Part shown: piece after piece, positions 50,862 through 62,444 of the stretch
How the letters are laid out: every line of letters begins with the position of its first letter
Numbering within the stretch: the stretch's first letter is position 1
Origin: Podarcis erhardii
Lineage: Eukaryota
Assembly (NCBI GenBank): GCA_964252035.1
Contig: OZ176207.1
Strand: one strand, 5' to 3'
Length of the DNA: 64,000 nucleotides
The notes under the pieces: generated by a model
The model's input: only the letters and a program-made list of their open reading frames with translations
Told to the model about the DNA's origin: nothing
Database searches by the model: none
Program-made: the position numbers and the translations under genes

Positions 50862-52123
50862 ATAAACAAGCTTTGGAAACTAACTCTGATATCAATATTA
50901 ACATAGTACTTAAGATCAAAAGAAACAGGATATGGATGGAACAGATTTCTAGATACTTTCCAGTTATTTGGTATTGCCAAAAAAAAAAGTGTTGCCTCCT
51001 GAAAATTCAATATGGTTTTGATATATATATTTCTTTCTGTTATATATTAATGTGAATATATCTGACCTTTTTCTTTAACAATCATTCAAAGAATACACTG
51101 TGTTAATCCTGAAATGTTTAACAAGACTTTCATAAGTTGTAGCTTTATCAGTGCTTAACCCTATTTTTCTGTTCCTTTTAACTTTCTAGAGACAATGATG
51201 TAATGACACTGTAACTATAACTAAAAATATTGTGATAAGTTGTAAAAAAGTAATAATAATCAAGTAGGCAGTTTAAAATTGCTCTGCTGCCAACCCTAAG
51301 GACATGCCCTTTCCTGAATTACTCCCTTTTGCTTGGAGAGTGGGCCTAATCTGATTGAGATACAGTTTCCTTCTGCTTGTGACCCTCTTAAGACCAATGC
51401 GCAAAGCAGCATCACCCTTCACAAGTCCTGCTTTGTCTGTGTCCAGCCACAAAATCAGACTATATCCAGCATTACGAATTAAGATTCCCCAACTTGTAGT
51501 TTTTCCTTCTAGACATTCAGTTGAAAAGAACGTGACCGATTCTACTTCAACCCCCACTGACTGAAAATTGAGTTCCTTGATGTGAAAACTGGGATAAAAA
51601 CAACCCAACAGCAGTTGCGCACGCACACACAAACCCAAAGCAGAAAGCCCCATGAAAACCAGAAACAACATCAGAAAACAAACGTTCAGACAAGGCCATT
51701 TTGACCTATTGTTTCCCTGAAACCGGTCAACAGGATGGTGGCATTTACTTGACCGTCTCCAGGACTGCTGCTGTACCAGGAGGAAAAGGAACAAGGTGGC
51801 AGAGAGGTCACATCATGAAAGTATGCTAAAATGGGAGCAGGGGAATAGTTGGCCAGCGTGTTTGCACCACAATGACTTTACCACCACCTAATCCCTCCGC
51901 CTCCAGTAAACTGCAGTGACACCAGTGACAGATCAGGTAAGTACTGTCTGCCATTACTGGCAATGATGGCTTGATCGCCCATGGCAGTGTGTTTTATAGT
52001 CTAAGGGCTGCTCCTGAGAGGTTGTATGCTTCTGAATTCCAGTTTCTGGGGGGAAATGCAACCATTTCCAATTTATACTGTATATTTGCTGTATACAATG
52101 CTTATGATACTACATATAACATA

Positions 52124-52335
52124 CAGTAAACCCTCAGGTTACATTACTCTAGAGTAATGTAAATTTTGGGTTGCGAAAGTGGCAAACTCGGAAGTATTTT
52201 TCCGGGTTTCGCCGCTTGCACATGCGCAGAAGCGTTCTGCGTGCCGAGTACAGACGCGGCGCCTCTGGATACGGATTTTTCAGAGTGGGCATGGACCCCT
52301 GGAATGAATTAATTTCATATCCAGAGGGTCCACTG
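52124..52335. mobile_element. Tigger-like MITE
   Basis: Ends CAGTAAACCCTC / GAGGGTCCACTG; TA TSDs. Confidence 0.75.
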
Positions 52336-52372
52336 TATATTATACGTGTATGTGTATTATATATATTATTCC

Positions 52373-52384
<12 letters not shown>

Positions 52385-52411
<27 letters not shown>
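52385..52411. repeat. (CA)n microsatellite
   Basis: Direct reading. Confidence 0.9.
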
Positions 52412-52415
<4 letters not shown>

Positions 52416-53299
52416 TACACTTTTCAAAATGCATTTTATATGTTTTTTATTCAAAGAGCTATATCACAAAATTCGGAGATGGGCAAACTCCAAAGGATAA
52501 CTGCATTCCAATCCACGTATTAGTTTTGAGTTAGGTGGGCTCGCTTAAGAATGAAGAAAAATGGAAATCTCATGCATGCCTCGGTGCCAGCCTTTCACAG
52601 CCTAATTGCAAGTACGCACCTTAGTCCATTGCTCTCCCATTGCATGTTTGCTCAGCCCTCTGTGTTGCCTGCAACAGTGACGTTGGGGGTGGACAAGTAG
52701 GGATCAGAGAGGAGAGGAAGGTTATACAGTGATGGAAATATGGCTACAGTTTCTTTGGCATAATCCTGGTTTAATTCCTTCCTGCAGTATGAGAAAAAAA
52801 TAATGCTAATCAAGAGGAAGCAATGTATATTCACCTAGCATCGAGGACATGGAAAGTGACAGCATTAAGCATTTAAAGCATGTTAATAGAAAGTGACTAC
52901 AATATAGTCTTTGGCAACTGTGGCTTTTGCTGATGCTATAACACACGCTGACAGCAAATATCAATTCTAGGTAAATCCAATTAAGCCCAGAAGCAAAACA
53001 GCTGGATTAGCAGTTCCCTGCATAAATTATTTTTTCTCCTTCCATTTACTTTCCCCCTTTTTTGCAAATGAGCCTTTCAACATGGAATAAAATACCCCGG
53101 CTATCATTTTCTCCATTGCTTATTAATTGCGGGTCTAAAATAATACACTCCCACAGATACAAAAGCTCTAGGACTGTTCTGCATTGCTTTTGATATGGTT
53201 AAACTATCTAGCTGTCCCTCAAAAAATATGTGTGCAGGTTCCTTGAGATGAGGTCATCTGGATTACATTACCTGAAAAATCCTCCATCTTTGCTTTCCA

Positions 53300-53590
53300 G
53301 ATATTTATTTATTTAAGAAAAGTATATGTTGCCTTTCAGAGCAAAGGCCTCCGAAGGTGGCTTACAAATATATTTGATTAAAAATATAAAAAATGATTTA
53401 AAAGCAACAACAACACAACAGCATATGAAACAATCCAACTGCAAAACTAAAAATGTCAACAGTTAAAAGGCTTTTAGTAAAGTTCATATGGAAACAAAAC
53501 ATTTATCAGGTCAATTTAAAAATTAGCAAAAGTGAAGCCAAACATACCTCCTTTGGGAGAGGGTTCCAAAGATATGAAGCCACTACAGCC
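53300..53590 (-). mobile_element. Degenerate L2-like 3' end
   Basis: TTTATTT tail, AAGGTGGCTTACAA and GGGAGAGGGTTCCA motifs. Confidence 0.45.
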
Positions 53591-53681
53591 TGAGGAACTT
53601 GAAGGCAAGCCTGCAAGCAAGTCTTCGGAGGTCAATCTTAAGACTTAGACTGATGGGTATTATTGCAGAAAGTCCATCAAG

Positions 53682-53858
53682 TAGGAACACAGGAAACTGC
53701 CTTATACTGAATCAAACCATTGGTCCATCTACCTCAGTATTGTTTCCACAGACTGGCACTGGTTTTCCAGAGCTTCAACTGGGATCTTTCCCAGAAATCA
53801 AAGCTAGGATGTTCTGCATGCAAACTGGATGCTCTACCGCTGAGTTTAGGACCATTCC
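53682..53858 (-). mobile_element. tRNA-derived SINE with CR1-type tail (Squam2-like)
   Basis: Minus strand CTCAGCGGTAGAGCATCCAGTTTGCATGCAGAA head and TAGATGGACCAATGGTTTGATTCAGTATAAGGCAG tail. Confidence 0.7.
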
Positions 53859-55028
53859 TGTGTTGGTTTGTGGCTTCAAGATAACTATAGCAGGGGCTTT
53901 TCATTCCACAGGTTCACTTACCAGATTGGCCTCAGTATGTATCAGCCATCGATACTGTAGAAGAATTTGAATGCACACAGTTAAACTGCCATTTAAGTAG
54001 TATATCTGTTTCTTAGTGCAGGAAATGACGTTAAGTGGCCGCACACACTGCCGTGATTTCATTATCATTGATTTGCATGTGTTCCACTGTCAAGTCAAAA
54101 AGGAAGCAATGCAAAAATGTGCTTGATAACAGACTCCAATTTATTTCTAATGGCTACAACGTGCCCCTGAAAAACAGCTACAGCCAGCATAATATAGCTG
54201 GATCCTTAATTTAATTATTTATACCTGCAATGTGCATAGAATCTCAAAGCACTTGGTAAAGAAAGAAACTGAGTATTCCATTAGCTGTGGGGAAGTTTTG
54301 CAGAAAGTCGAAAAGGAGGTTGTGTGTGTGTTTGTGTGCACGCACACACACACACACACACACGAAAGAAAGCTTGTGTTCAGACGTAATGCTAAAACAT
54401 AGTTTGATATTAAGAAAACAAGTGGGCAACGACATTCACTGTATATAGATATGAATTTATTAGTGTAGTTTTTGTTTCATTTAAAACTATAGTTTGTGAT
54501 TGCCTGGAAACCAGGCACTTGGAACTATAAGTCGTCTGTTCAGATGAAAGAGTTTGTTTGCCACAGACAAGGATTAAACATTTCTAATCTATGTATACAG
54601 GGAGTAGTATACAAGCCTAAAGTAACGACACCACACCATAAACGCTATTGTGCTATTTTCCTAGAAAAAGAGGCGCCAGAACTCACCACAAACACCTCCC
54701 TTGTTCTCTTAGAATGGCAATGGCACACACCTGAGAGGTGCCAGAACTGAGTCCCGGCTGGGGAGGGAGGGGGAAAGCCCTGCATAAATGGCAGACATTT
54801 GTTTTTTCTCTTTGGGTGTCACTCCTAAAGAACACATTCAGAAAATTGACGGATGCTGTGGGAAAAGATACAACCATGTAAGGCCTCCACTGCCATTGTA
54901 ACACTTCCCTTCTGGTGTCGTTCCCACACTTCTTTCTAATACGCCTTGACCTATCTGCGACTGCTCCTCAATGTTCTTATGGTTGCTCTTCTTCTCCACT
55001 CATGGAAATGGCTTTGTTTTAGAACAGA

Positions 55029-55258
55029 TTGGATTTGATATCCCACTTTATCACTACCCGAAGGAGTCCCAAAGCGGCTAGCATTCTCCTTTCCTTCCCT
55101 CCCCCACAACAAGCACTCTGTGAGGTGAGTGGGGCTGAGAGACTTCAGAGAAGTGTGACTGGCCCAAGGTCACCCAGCAGTTGCATGTGGAGGAGCGGGG
55201 AATCGAACCCAGTTCACCAGATTATGAGTCCACTGCTCTTAACCACTACACCACACTG
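55029..55258 (-). mobile_element. Squam3-like SINE
   Basis: Near-identical in structure to 1693-1930; B-box GGTTCGATTCC on minus strand. Confidence 0.8.
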
Positions 55259-56262
55259 TTTTAGACAAGAGAAGAACATTGCAGGGCTGATATGTGCTTC
55301 ACCATTTCAGAACTGCTTTGTTTAAATTCGTTGAGTTAAATCCAGTGCCATAGGATTCTGGGAGCAGAGTTTTCAGAAAGAGTAATATATGTGAAAGAGA
55401 CAGATGGTTAAAAGCTTTGTTAAACATACATAGGCAGTGTCATTTGTTTTGGATATGATGGCATTTAACAGCCGTTTTTGTGGCAATCATCAAGAGAGAG
55501 AGCTTCCATTTTCCTCCTCCGTCATTACCTACATGAAAGTGGCCTAGAAGATTGCCCACTTGTATATCACCATAATGGGCCAATCCTTTTTAATCACTAC
55601 GCCAGCATACAAAGTCACACCATAGTGCTTGGGAAATCCATATGTTAAATGGCACACTCAGATATAGAGCTGTTTCTTTCCACCCTCCCTCCAATGATGG
55701 GTTGCAAAGACCTAGAGATATTTAAATGTTTCTATCTCAGATATATGTGGGAAAGAATTGCAATTTCCATCATAGACATGATAGAAAACCCTTACACTAT
55801 GAGGAAAAGACTGTTCTCGGGACGGGAACTCATTATATTTTTAAGACAGACTAACTTTTGAAAGGTATTTTCCCCCATTTTCGATGCCTCTGTGAAACAG
55901 AAACATTCTGATCATACCTTACACCGAGTGAAAGCATTCGTCCATTTATATGACATCACTATAATATCATTAACCCCAATACAATTTAATTTCTCTAGGA
56001 AGTTCTTTTAAAGTTCTGGGCTGTTTGTCTTCTGATTATCTCAGGGAATGCCTTATCCCACTTCCCAGGGCTTAAGATATTCTGAAACAACTCTAATGCA
56101 ATCCTTTGAGGAAACTGGGTTGGTGTCCACTAAGAGCAGGCCTTTCTCAAAGTCTGTGGAATTCTCTAACAAGAGAGATCCACAGAACCTTCTCAAGGTT
56201 AATTCTTTCAAAAAACAGGCAACATTTATTTATTTATTTATTTACTACCTACTACTACTACT

Positions 56263-56619
56263 GGACATGGGTGGTGTTGTGGGTTAAACCACTGAGCCTA
56301 GGACTTGCCAATCAGAAGGTCAGCGGTTCGAATCCCCGCGACGGGGTGAGCTCCTGCTGCTCGGTCCCTGCTCCTGCCAACCTAGCAGTTCGAAAGCACG
56401 TCAAAGTGCAAGTAGATAAATAGATACCGCTCTGGCGGGAAGGTAAACGGTGTTTCCGTGCGCTGCTCTGGTTCGCCAGAAGTGGCTTAGTCATGCTGGC
56501 CACATGACCCAGAAGCTGTACGCCGGCTCCCTCGGCCAATAAAGCAAGATGAGCGCCGCAAGTCCAGAGTCGTCCGCGACTGGACCTAATGGTCAGGGGT
56601 CCCTTTACCTTTACCTTTA
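56263..56619 (+). mobile_element. Sauria SINE, full length
   Basis: Head GTGGTGTTGTGGGTTAAACC...GGTTCGAATCC; tail CCCTTTACCTTTACCTTT. Confidence 0.93.
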
Positions 56620-56822
56620 TTACTACTACTACCACCACTATTTTATGTTAAATGCTTTCTTTTCTGGTCCTTATACAGATTTTGCTGCTTCTATTTTTGG
56701 CTGTTTTTCTGCTTTTGTTGCTAGGCTTATGTAGATGGTATCGTTTTATGGATCGGAAGAGCAGGTTCTCCCTTATAATGAGACAGGCCATTGAGCCTTA
56801 GAGCTCAGTATGTTCTACATCA

Positions 56823-56893
56823 AATGTGGGTCTCCAGCTGTTTTGGGACTAGAATTCGCATCATCCCGGAACACTGGACCTCCTAGCTAGGGA
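56823..56893. mobile_element. Palindromic hAT MITE fragment
   Basis: GGTCTCCAGCTGTTTTGGGACTA...CTAGCTAGGGATG. Confidence 0.55.
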
Positions 56894-57068
56894 TGGCATG
56901 TTTGGCAAACCCTCATCATGATCAACTTCTGCCCAAAAATCTATGTCCCCACTGTGGAAGGACGTGTGGATTCAGAATTGGCCTCCACAAACACTTAACA
57001 GGACTCACTGTTAAGACTGTGTTCATGGAAGACAATCTTGCTCAGCTACAAGTGATCACCAAAGAAGA
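56894..57068 (+). mobile_element. RTE-clade LINE extreme 3' end
   Basis: CPHCGRTCGFRIGLHKH zinc-finger coding segment and 3' UTR matching 59620-59790. Confidence 0.8.
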
Positions 57069-57427
57069 GTTCCCAAACAGCTGGAAATCATGGTCTACAT
57101 TGATTGGCAGTAGTTTTCCAAGGTTTCAGCCAAGAGTCTCTCTCACACCCCTACCTGGAGACACCAGAGATCAGGCAAAGCATGTGCTTTATCACTGACT
57201 AATATTTTCCAATATTTTATGGAGGGAGGGGTTTCTAGTTTAGGAACAGGGTGTTGTTGTTTTTTAATGAAGATGAAAAAGCAGCACATGAATGTTTCGA
57301 GCTTAGAGAATATAAGCAACGCTCTTAACTGACATTTTCCAACGCCTTTCCTAGCACTGTCACATGTGAGCCTTTCAACTGGAGATGCCACAATACTACC
57401 AAGCTTTCCCTAAAAGGTGCACAGTCC

Positions 57428-57600
57428 AAGACCGTAGCTCAGTCGTAGAGCATCTTTTTTGCATGCCGAAGGTTCCAGGTTCCATCTCTGCCATCTCCAA
57501 GTATAGCTGGGAGAGAACCCGGACTGAAATCCTTTCAATCAGTGGACAGTACTGAGTTAGATGGAAGAATGGTCTGACTCAGCATAATGCAGCTTTCCAT
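57428..57600 (+). mobile_element. tRNA-derived SINE with CR1-type tail (Squam2-like)
   Basis: GTAGCTCAGTCGTAGAGCATC (A-box) ... TAGATGGAAGAATGGTCTGACTCAGCATAA tail. Confidence 0.7.
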
Positions 57601-57715
57601 CTTGCTGCCCTCTAAGCATGGCAAATTGGAACATTCCAAGTGAAAGCACCATTCTTAAACCACCAACTCATTGGGGGCCTCCTTTGTTGAAAAAAAAAAG
57701 TGGGAGTGAATAGAC

Positions 57716-57844
57716 CAGGCACCCCCAAACTCGTCCCTCCAGCTGTTTTGGGACTACAACTCCCAACATCCCTAGCTAACAGGACCAGTGGTCAGGGATG
57801 ATGGGAATTGTAGTCCCAAAAGAGCTGGAGTTTGGGGAAGCCTA
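57716..57844. mobile_element. Palindromic hAT MITE
   Basis: Near-complete inverted repeat; perfect 8-bp TSD GAATAGAC. Confidence 0.88.
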
Positions 57845-57882
57845 GAATAGACCTTTGTTTCTCCTCCTCATTGGGATAGGAA

Positions 57883-57885
<3 letters not shown>

Positions 57886-57918
<33 letters not shown>
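57886..57918. repeat. (AAAG)n microsatellite
   Basis: Direct reading. Confidence 0.95.
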
Positions 57919-57949
57919 TTTGCAGGGAGAGGCAACTACAACCATTCAA

Positions 57950-58640
57950 TACGATTCACTCTTTCTTGATCCATATTACAAGGGCACATTGTAGGAAAAC
58001 CTCTAGAAATATTATAAATAAATGCATGAGACGTTTAACTTATTACTAAATGAAACAATACGAGCAGGAAATATACTTACATTATACACGTACACACATT
58101 AGATAATGAATACTAATGAATGCTATGAGTGATTGCATTTATTTATAGCACATGGGGAATTTAAAATTAAATTGAAGTCACTAATTCTCACTTCCCTAAG
58201 CTGTGAAAGCAGTAATTCTCACAAAATAACCCCAGATCTCACTTCGGTTCTATCAGAGGTTTCATTATTAATTGTAATTGTGAAGAGTTACAGAGTATTT
58301 ACTAATGTACTATGATGGATTCTCTCACAAATAATTTCAGCTAAACAGTCATTGCTATACATTGTAAAATATAACAACCAGGTGGCACGTGTGAAGTGTC
58401 ATCGCTGTATCATTTATTTGTGAAGTTCTAACATCTATGTATTAACCGCTAAAAATTAATTAACAGCTAGTTTATTGCACACTCTTCACAAATATTTTAA
58501 TATTCGTATCAATTTACATATTAACTTAGGTTTGGGATATGACTTATTGACCAGCCAAATTGTATAATTAATTCAGTGCACCAGTAATTAAAAAAACAAT
58601 AGCATTGCTACACAATCTCCGTTAATTGTTTTTTTTTTTT
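57950..58640. promoter_or_regulatory. Candidate highly conserved non-coding element
   Basis: AT-rich, TE-free, dense TAATT/AATTA homeodomain motifs, tandem E-boxes CAGGTG-CACGTG at 58379-58391; conservation not tested. Confidence 0.45.
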
Positions 58641-58876
58641 TTAATGGATTTAAGGTGAACATGACATTGAAGTTCCACAGAGTTTTGCTACTTATAGAAG
58701 TGGAAGTGCAAATGTGATCTATTGGCTTCTACATAAAGGAGGAGATGAGATGTAGGGTTCTTTTCAATCTTATCCTTTTTTTTTTTTTACTCTCAAATTT
58801 GTTTTTTTTAAAAGCTTACTGCAGCTGTTGAGCTCCTGTGAGTTACCAATGGTGTCTCCCAAAAATTTTACACATC

Positions 58877-59790
58877 ACTTGGGAAGACAGGCGAACTAAT
58901 GCCAGTGTACTGGAATAAGCAAAGTGTTGAAGCAATGATTCTTCAACATCAACTTTGTTGGACTGGTCATGTTGTGTGGATGCCTGATTATTGTCTTCCA
59001 AAGCAACTACTCTATTCCAAACTTAAAAATGGAAATTGTAATGCTGGTGGTCAACAAAAGAAGTTTAAAGACTGTCTCAAGGTAAATTTTTAAAAATGTA
59101 GTATAAAGGTAAAGGGACCCCTGACCATTAGGTCCAGTTGCAGACAACTCTGGGGTTTCACGCTCATCTCACTCTATAGGCCGAGGGAGCCAGTGTTTGT
59201 CTGCAGACAGCTTCCAGGTCATGTGGCCAGCATGACTAAGCTGCTTCTGGCAAACCAGAGCAGCATACATAAACACCATGTACCTTCCCGCTGGAGCGGT
59301 ACCTATTTATCTACTTGCTCTTTGTGCTTTCGAACTGCTAGGTTGGCAGGAGCTGGGACCGAACAACAGGAGCTCACCCCGTCATGGGGATTCGAACCGC
59401 TGATCTTCTGATTGGCAAGCCCTAGGCTCTGTGGTTTAACCCACAGCGCCACCCGCATCCCACCATAAACACCAACATATAAACATATAAACACCAACCC
59501 TTGGGAAACACTGGCCTGTGAGTGCTCCAATTGGAGAACAGCCTTTACCAAAGGTGTCATGGGTTTGAAGACACTCAAACTCAGAACTCAAGGGAGAAAT
59601 GTGCTAAGAGGAAGGCACGCTTGGCAAATCCACGCCGTGATCAACTGCCGCCCGGTAACCAATGTCCCCACTGTGGAAGGACGTGTGGATCCAGAACTGG
59701 CCTCCACAGTCACTCATGGACTCATTGTTAAAACCGTGTTTATGGAAGATAATCTTACTCAGCTACGAGTGATTGCCAAAGAAGAACTCT
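58877..59790 (+). mobile_element. RTE-clade LINE 3' fragment interrupted by a Sauria SINE
   Basis: EAMILQHQLCWTGHVVWMPDYCLPKQLLYSKL...GGQQKKFKDCLK then WETLA...CPHCGRTCGSRTGLHSH (C-terminal C2H2-type finger). Confidence 0.85.
59105..59461 (-). mobile_element. Sauria SINE, full length
   Basis: Consensus-like body nested in the RTE fragment. Confidence 0.92.
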
Positions 59791-60487
59791 ATGGTTATGT
59801 AACATACTTGCAATGAGCAGAGAAGTTTCCTGCATGAAGCAGGAGAGATGGACCAGAAGCCATCCAATACCCGCTGCTGCTCTATGTGTCAAAATACATT
59901 AATCTCAACATGGGGTAGCTTCCCCAAAAAATAAAAAAGGCATCCCAGTGCTGAGTTCTCTCTCACTCTTACCATAACATGTACAGGTGTTGCCTCATGT
60001 ATTTCCATACCTCTGGATGATGAGGCAATGATGTGCAGTGAGGAAAGGGGAAATTGCAATGTCACAATGTGAGGAAATGCCACATGTCATGTTGTGGAAT
60101 TCAGCATGAAGATGTAATTTGCAGTGGCAGCTCCATCTCAAGCATGAGATGTTCTACCACCTGGGTAGACAGCATGGCTATAGAACGTGGTTCCTTGTAT
60201 GCAAGGAGCTCCACAGAGGGTGATTTTGAAACACAGTGGTTGACTATAGGAATATAGGAGGGGAAATTGTGTACACTTGGAAACATTGGCAGCATTAAGA
60301 TAATTTCAACAGTGTAAGTAAGTTTTGGTGGAAGTAATAATGGAATACTGAATGGTTTAGTTTATGTAAAATATGCAGGGATTTATGCTATGCAAAACAA
60401 AACATGGAAAGAGAAGAAGGGAAGTCACTGATATTTTAAGGTTGTCTAAATGAACATTCTACTTTGTAAAACATAAAATTTAATTAT

Positions 60488-60490
<3 letters not shown>

Positions 60491-60525
<35 letters not shown>
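60491..60525. repeat. (CT)n microsatellite
   Basis: Direct reading. Confidence 0.95.
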
Positions 60526-60530
<5 letters not shown>

Positions 60531-60569
60531 ATTGGAAGCTTCTTCAAATTATGTTCTTCAGTCCATTGC

Positions 60570-60715
60570 CAACTGTGACTGACAGCAGCTGTCAAGGTTT
60601 TTAAGCAGAGGTCTTCCCTTTGCCCTGCTACCTGATCCACTTCAGCTGCAGGTGCCAGAGATCCAAGACCCTCTGCATGAAATGAATGTGCTCAAGCACT
60701 GATCTGTGGCCCCTC
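60570..60715 (-). mobile_element. Degenerate tRNA-derived SINE
   Basis: Minus strand GGGGCCACAGATCAGTGCTTGAGCACATTCATTTCATGCAGA resembles the Squam2-like head. Confidence 0.45.
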
Positions 60716-60839
60716 CGCACTTCTTGGAGGACCACCAGGTTACTAGAAACTAGGGATGATGAGCAATGCAAGATAATAGACCACATCAGAGTAGAGCTTC
60801 ATTACCAAGATGTGGAATGCAGATACAGATCTGCTAGCT

Positions 60840-60975
60840 CAGGCATAGGCAAACTCGGCCCTCCAGAAGTTTTGGGCCTACAACTCCCATCATCCCCAGC
60901 TAACAGGACCAGTGGTCAGGGATGATGGGAGTTGTAGTCCCAAAGCATCTGGAGGGCCAAGTTTGCCTATGCCTG
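60840..60975. mobile_element. Palindromic hAT MITE
   Basis: TIRs CAGGCATAGGCAAACT / AGTTTGCCTATGCCTG; TSD TGCTAGCT / AGCTAGCT. Confidence 0.88.
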
Positions 60976-61399
60976 AGCTAGCTTGTCCATATATATATAT
61001 ATATATATATATACCCACACCCACACCCACCCACCCACATAAAGTTTCAGAACTGATGGTAGAAATAACCTCTGTGTTCCATATAAGATATCTGTTATTG
61101 TAGATAAAATTTACCTGCTTTATATAGCTTGGCAACTTTGTTTCGAATTTTTAAAGAAAACTTGCAGCCTTTTTTTTATAAAAAAAGGTATTGTGAAGAC
61201 ATCTTGGTTCTTAAAAACAAAAGGGACTGTCTTACATTCTAGGCCTGCTCCAGTTCGTGAGAGTTCCCCACTGAATGCTATGGCTATTTTGAATTGTTTG
61301 TTAAATATGCATATACCAGTTGGGGTAGCCTTTGCTTTCCATCCATATTTATCCTTGTGCATTCTTTTTTCATGTCTCTGTGCCAAGAAATCTGGTTAG

Positions 61400-61720
61400 T
61401 GAAAATGCCAGAATCTTTGATTTGATTTTATTTGATTTCATTAGGGACCGTCAGCCGAGCTGCTTAAGTGCCTGACTACTGTTTGCAGTTAAACATTCAT
61501 TAGGGAATCCCCAGTGGGTTCATTTGTTTCGCTGAGGTCCAATTACAGTGCCACAAATGCAGTTTTTGCAGCAATTAGCTGATTTTTCCTGTTTACGTTC
61601 TGTCTCTTTAGGAAGAGGACTAGTTTGTAGGGGTCAGATTTTTAATTAGGCGCAATTTAGGGCCAATAAGAAAACTGATCATTTAGTAAATGGATGTGGT
61701 GGTCTTAAAGCTCAGAGGTA
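61400..61720. promoter_or_regulatory. Candidate conserved non-coding element
   Basis: TE-free block with TAATTA, CAATTA, TGTTTAC (forkhead) and CCAAT motifs; conservation not tested. Confidence 0.35.
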
Positions 61721-62132
61721 AATAACACAACAGGGACACTAGGAACATGCCCTCCTATGGTGTGGTATTCAAAACCCTATAACATTGGGGACAGATTACA
61801 AAATAACCTGATGTCACAGATTATTTTTAGGTGCACAGGGCACCAGTGCTGTTTATCAAAGGGGCAAGAGGAAACAGCAGCAAAATACAAGGAGGAAGAA
61901 GTTAGCGGTTCACATATTTTATGTACATCTTCAATATGGTTGCAAAATTAAAAATATCATTGCTGATTTGCTGAGTAGCCAGAGGGCAAAGATATCACTG
62001 AGCTTACTGTGTACACACTTAAATCCCAAAGGGTTTCCATCATCAACAAAAGGTATAGGGAGATACACACCCACATTTACTTTTTAAAAAAAAACAACTG
62101 AAGTTATAATCCCCTGCACTCTTAATTAATAA

Positions 62133-62444
62133 TAGGAATGAGGGAGAAATTAGCTTCAGTTTGCATTTAAAGTTATCAAATTTACATTTTCTGAAACAAC
62201 ATATGAACTGAAAAGCAGCCTTCAAAATGTACACTTCTCTGAATTTTGCAATGCCATTCTGCAGCCAAGTAGCACATACCAAAAAATGGAGAGGCTATCC
62301 TCTGGTAAAGTGTGCATATAAATTCACATATTAGTGAAAAATGCATTATCTTAGGGGAAATCATGCATAGTGATGTAGAAATGTGAAGAACTGAAGACTA
62401 AAATAACTGAGAGAAACCAGAATGGACAGATTCACCCACCTCTA
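62133..62444. repeat. Old interspersed repeat with TAGG(G/A)ATG-like ends (possibly hAT-Ac-like)
   Basis: Left end TAGGAATGAGGGAGAA, right end reads TAGAGGTGGGTGAATC on minus strand; body shared with 10610, 18675 and 34770. Confidence 0.55.

Larger units (their letters stand above)
49600..51010 (+). mobile_element. Degenerate L1 3' fragment split by the Ngaro-like insertion (L1 pieces ~49600-49890 and ~50862-51010)
   Basis: GSYSHMWW*CP (zinc-knuckle-like), ISYMVVAARLLFVEK before the insertion, and KLWKLTLI...WNRFLD after it. Confidence 0.6.

Noticed and set aside
51273-51794. Longest unexplained ORF (173 aa, minus)
   Set aside because: No recognised domain, and splice sites are unclear; an ORF of this length can arise by chance in 128 kb of two-strand sequence.
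56263-56345. tRNA-like A/B boxes
   Set aside because: These are SINE heads (as at 1930, 55258 and 57428), not functional tRNA genes; no cloverleaf or acceptor stem.
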